From: Macrostomum lignano
Taxonomy: Eukaryota
DNA length: 27,538 nt
Direction: 5' to 3'
Assembly: GCA_002269645.1 (NCBI GenBank)
Contig: NIVC01005058.1
Span: forward strand, 1-27,538
Shown here: one piece after another, positions 24,770-27,538 of the stretch
Layout: each line of letters begins with the position of its first letter
How positions within the stretch are numbered: the stretch's first letter is position 1
Made by a program: the position numbers and the translations under genes
Notes under the pieces: generated by a model
The model's input: only the letters and a program-made list of their open reading frames with translations
What the model was told of the DNA's origin: nothing
Databases searched by the model: none

Positions 24770-25860
24770 ACGCCCCCGTTGGGGAGCCAAAGAAATGCAA
24801 TACACGTTTTTTTAATAAGCTACATGTATCCTTGAAATCTTAAAAAATCTCCTATCAAACCTTGTAAGCCTTGACATGTCAGTAATTCCCCCCACAAGCT
24901 TAAACATATCAACTTCCCCCTTGACATCTCAGCCATGCCCCAAAAGCCTTGGAAATCTAAAAATATCTGTCAACCTTCTAACCCTAACCCTAACCTAACC
25001 CTAAAGCATTGAAATTTCAGTAATTCTCTCTAAGAGTCATTATAGCACTACTACAGCATTATAGCGATTCCCTGCAAGCCTCGACATCGTAGGGATTCCC
25101 AAATGAATATCTTAACTTCGACATGAAGCTTCTTTTATTTTTTACATTACGCTTTTTTAATCAGCGATCCCTCCCCTGAGGAGGCATCAAATAATGTAAT
25201 AAAAAGTTTTCAATAAACTACATGTAGCTTCTGACTTTAGCCTTGAAATCTCATTTATACCCCCGTGAGCCTTGACATCTCAGCTATTCCCCCGTAAGCC
25301 TTAACATGTCAGCGATGGCGCCCATAAACCTTGAAATCTGAAAAATCCCCTGTTAACCTTGAAACTCGATAAAATATAACCCTCAACCCACACCTGACCT
25401 AAACCTAACTTTAACCCAACATAAAGCCTTGAAATCTCAGCAATTCTTCTCCCCTAAGCCTTGACATTTTAGTGATTCCTTCTTTAAGAATCACAGCACT
25501 ATAACGATTTCCACCTAGCTTTGACATCGTAGCAATTCCCAAATGAATCTTTTAACTTCGACATGACTTTTCTTTTATGTATATATAGTGCTACTTTTAT
25601 TTTTTACATGACTCTTCTTCTATCAGCGCCTCCCGTGGCGAGCCAACAAAGAATGCAATAAAAAAATTGAGTAAAGTACATGAACTTTGAATTAGCTTCT
25701 GACTTTTGCTTTGACATCTCAGAAACCCCCCCCCCCGTAATCTCAGTTATTCTCTGAGAGCCTTGACGTCTCAGTTTTTCTCCCCAGCACAGCATTATAG
25801 CTGCATTTAATTTTTCCATGACACCTTTCATGTCTGACATGACGCTTCTTTTATTCTACT
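24770..25860. repeat. Three diverged tandem copies of a ~400-460 bp AT-rich unit, with CCTTGACATCTCAG/CCTTGAAATC subrepeats and a telomere-like CCCTAA patch
   Basis: Anchor TACATG(T/A)A at 24821, 25219 and 25677. Shared ..CATCGTAG..ATTCCCAAATGAAT..TAACTTCGACATGA block at ~25085 and ~25525. Confidence 0.75.
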
Positions 25861-25905
25861 ATGATGCTTCTTAATTTTTTAAATGACACTTTCATTAGTT
25901 TTTAA

Positions 25906-27538
25906 ATGACGCTTCTATGATTTTTTCATGACGCTTCTATGATTTTAACATGACGCTTCTATGATTTTTTCATGACGCTTCTATGATTGTTTACATGACG
26001 CTTCTATGATTGTTTATATGACGCTTCTATGATTTTTAAAATGACGCTTCTATGATTTTTTAAATGACGCTTCTATGATTGTTTACATAACGCTTTATGA
26101 TTTTTACATGACGCTTCTATGATTGTTTACATGGCGCTTCTATGATTGTTTACATGACGCTTCTATGATTGTTTATATGACGCTTCTATGATTTTTTACA
26201 TGACGCTTCTATGATTGTTTACACGATGCTTCTATGATTTTTTTCATGACGCTTCTATGATTTTTACATGACGCTTCTATGATTTTTACATGACGCTTCT
26301 ATGATTTTTACATGACGCTTCTATGATTGTTTACATGACGCTTCTATGATTGTTTATATGACGCTTCTATGATTTTTTACATGACGCTTCTATGATTTTT
26401 TACATGACGCTTCTATGATTGTTTACACGATGCTTCTATGATTTTTTACATGACGCTTCTATGATTTTTTACATGACGCTTCTATGATTATTTCATGACG
26501 CTTCTACGATTTCTGCAGGACGCTTCAATGATTTTTACATGACGCTTCTATGATTTTTACATGACGCTTCTATGATTGTTTGCATGACGCTTCTATGATT
26601 GTTTATATGACGCTTCTATGCTTTTTACATGACGCTTCTATGATTTTTTACATGACGCTACTATGATCTTTACATTACGCTTCTATGATTGTTTACATGA
26701 CGCTTCCATGATTGTTTACATGACGCTTCTATGATTTTTTACATGACGCTTCTATGATTGTTTACATGACGCTTCTATGATTTTTACATGACGCTTCTAT
26801 GATTTTTAAATGACGTTTTTTTGATTTTTAAATGACGCCTCTATGATTTTTTAAATGACGCTTCTATGATTTTTATATTACGCTCTTACGATTTTTTACA
26901 TGACTCTTCTATGATTTTTACATGACGCTTTAATGATTTTTTCATGACGCTTCTACGATTTTTTACAAGAAGCTTCTATGATTGTTTACATGACGCTTCT
27001 ATGATTGTTTGCATGACGCTTCTATGATTGTTTACATGACGCTTCTATGATTTTTTACATGACACTTCTATGCTTTTTACATGATGCTTCCACGATTTTT
27101 TACATGACGCTTCTATGATTGTTTACATGACGCTTCTATGATTTTTTACATGACACTTCTATGCTTTTTACATGATGCTTCCACGATTTTTTACATGACA
27201 CTTCTATGATTTTTTAAATGACGCTTCTACGATTTTTTACATGACGCTTTTATGATGTTTTAGATGACGCTTCTATGATTTTTTACATGACGCTTCTATG
27301 ATTTTTACATGACGCTTCTATGATTGTTTACACGATGCTTCTATGATTTTTTACATGACGCTTCTATGATTTTTTACATGACGCTTCTATGATTTTTACA
27401 TGACGCTTCTATGATTGTTTACATGACGCTTCTATGATTGTTTATATGACGCTTCTATGATTTTTTACATGACGCTTCTATGATTTTTTACATGACGCTT
27501 CTATGATTGTTTACACGATGCTTCTATGATTTTTTACA
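25906..27538. repeat. 22-23-bp satellite, ~70 copies, running off the window end
   Basis: Unit CATGACGCTTCTATGATT(T/G)TTTA with a variable T run. Confidence 0.98.

Overview
Eukaryotic (metazoan) genomic DNA with GC-rich exons and repeat-packed introns, containing two convergent spliced genes. (1) + strand: a two-exon mitochondrial L-threonine 3-dehydrogenase (TDH, SDR family), 114-650 + 898-1428. Its first exon carries a compensating +1/-1 frameshift pair as written. (2) - strand: a discoidin domain receptor tyrosine kinase (DDR family). Seven exons can be reconstructed between 24607 and 5136, covering most of the discoidin domain, the DS-like domain, stalk, TM helix, a Q/P/H-rich juxtamembrane region and an intact-looking kinase. 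The signal peptide and first discoidin exon(s) lie beyond the right edge of the window, and one exon has an unresolved frame problem. By hand tally about 39% of the window is tandem repeat (about 16 unrelated arrays, units 2-45 bp). There is also a tRNA-derived CORE-type SINE, a fold-back element, and a diverged ~400-460 bp repeat that appears to have seeded the terminal satellite. Most long ORFs in the supplied track are repeat artefacts. The overall style resembles repeat-rich flatworm genomes such as Macrostomum, but that is a guess. I found no clearly new biological system; the best leads concern splicing next to repeat arrays and DDR isoform structure. Protein comparisons are from memory, not database searches.
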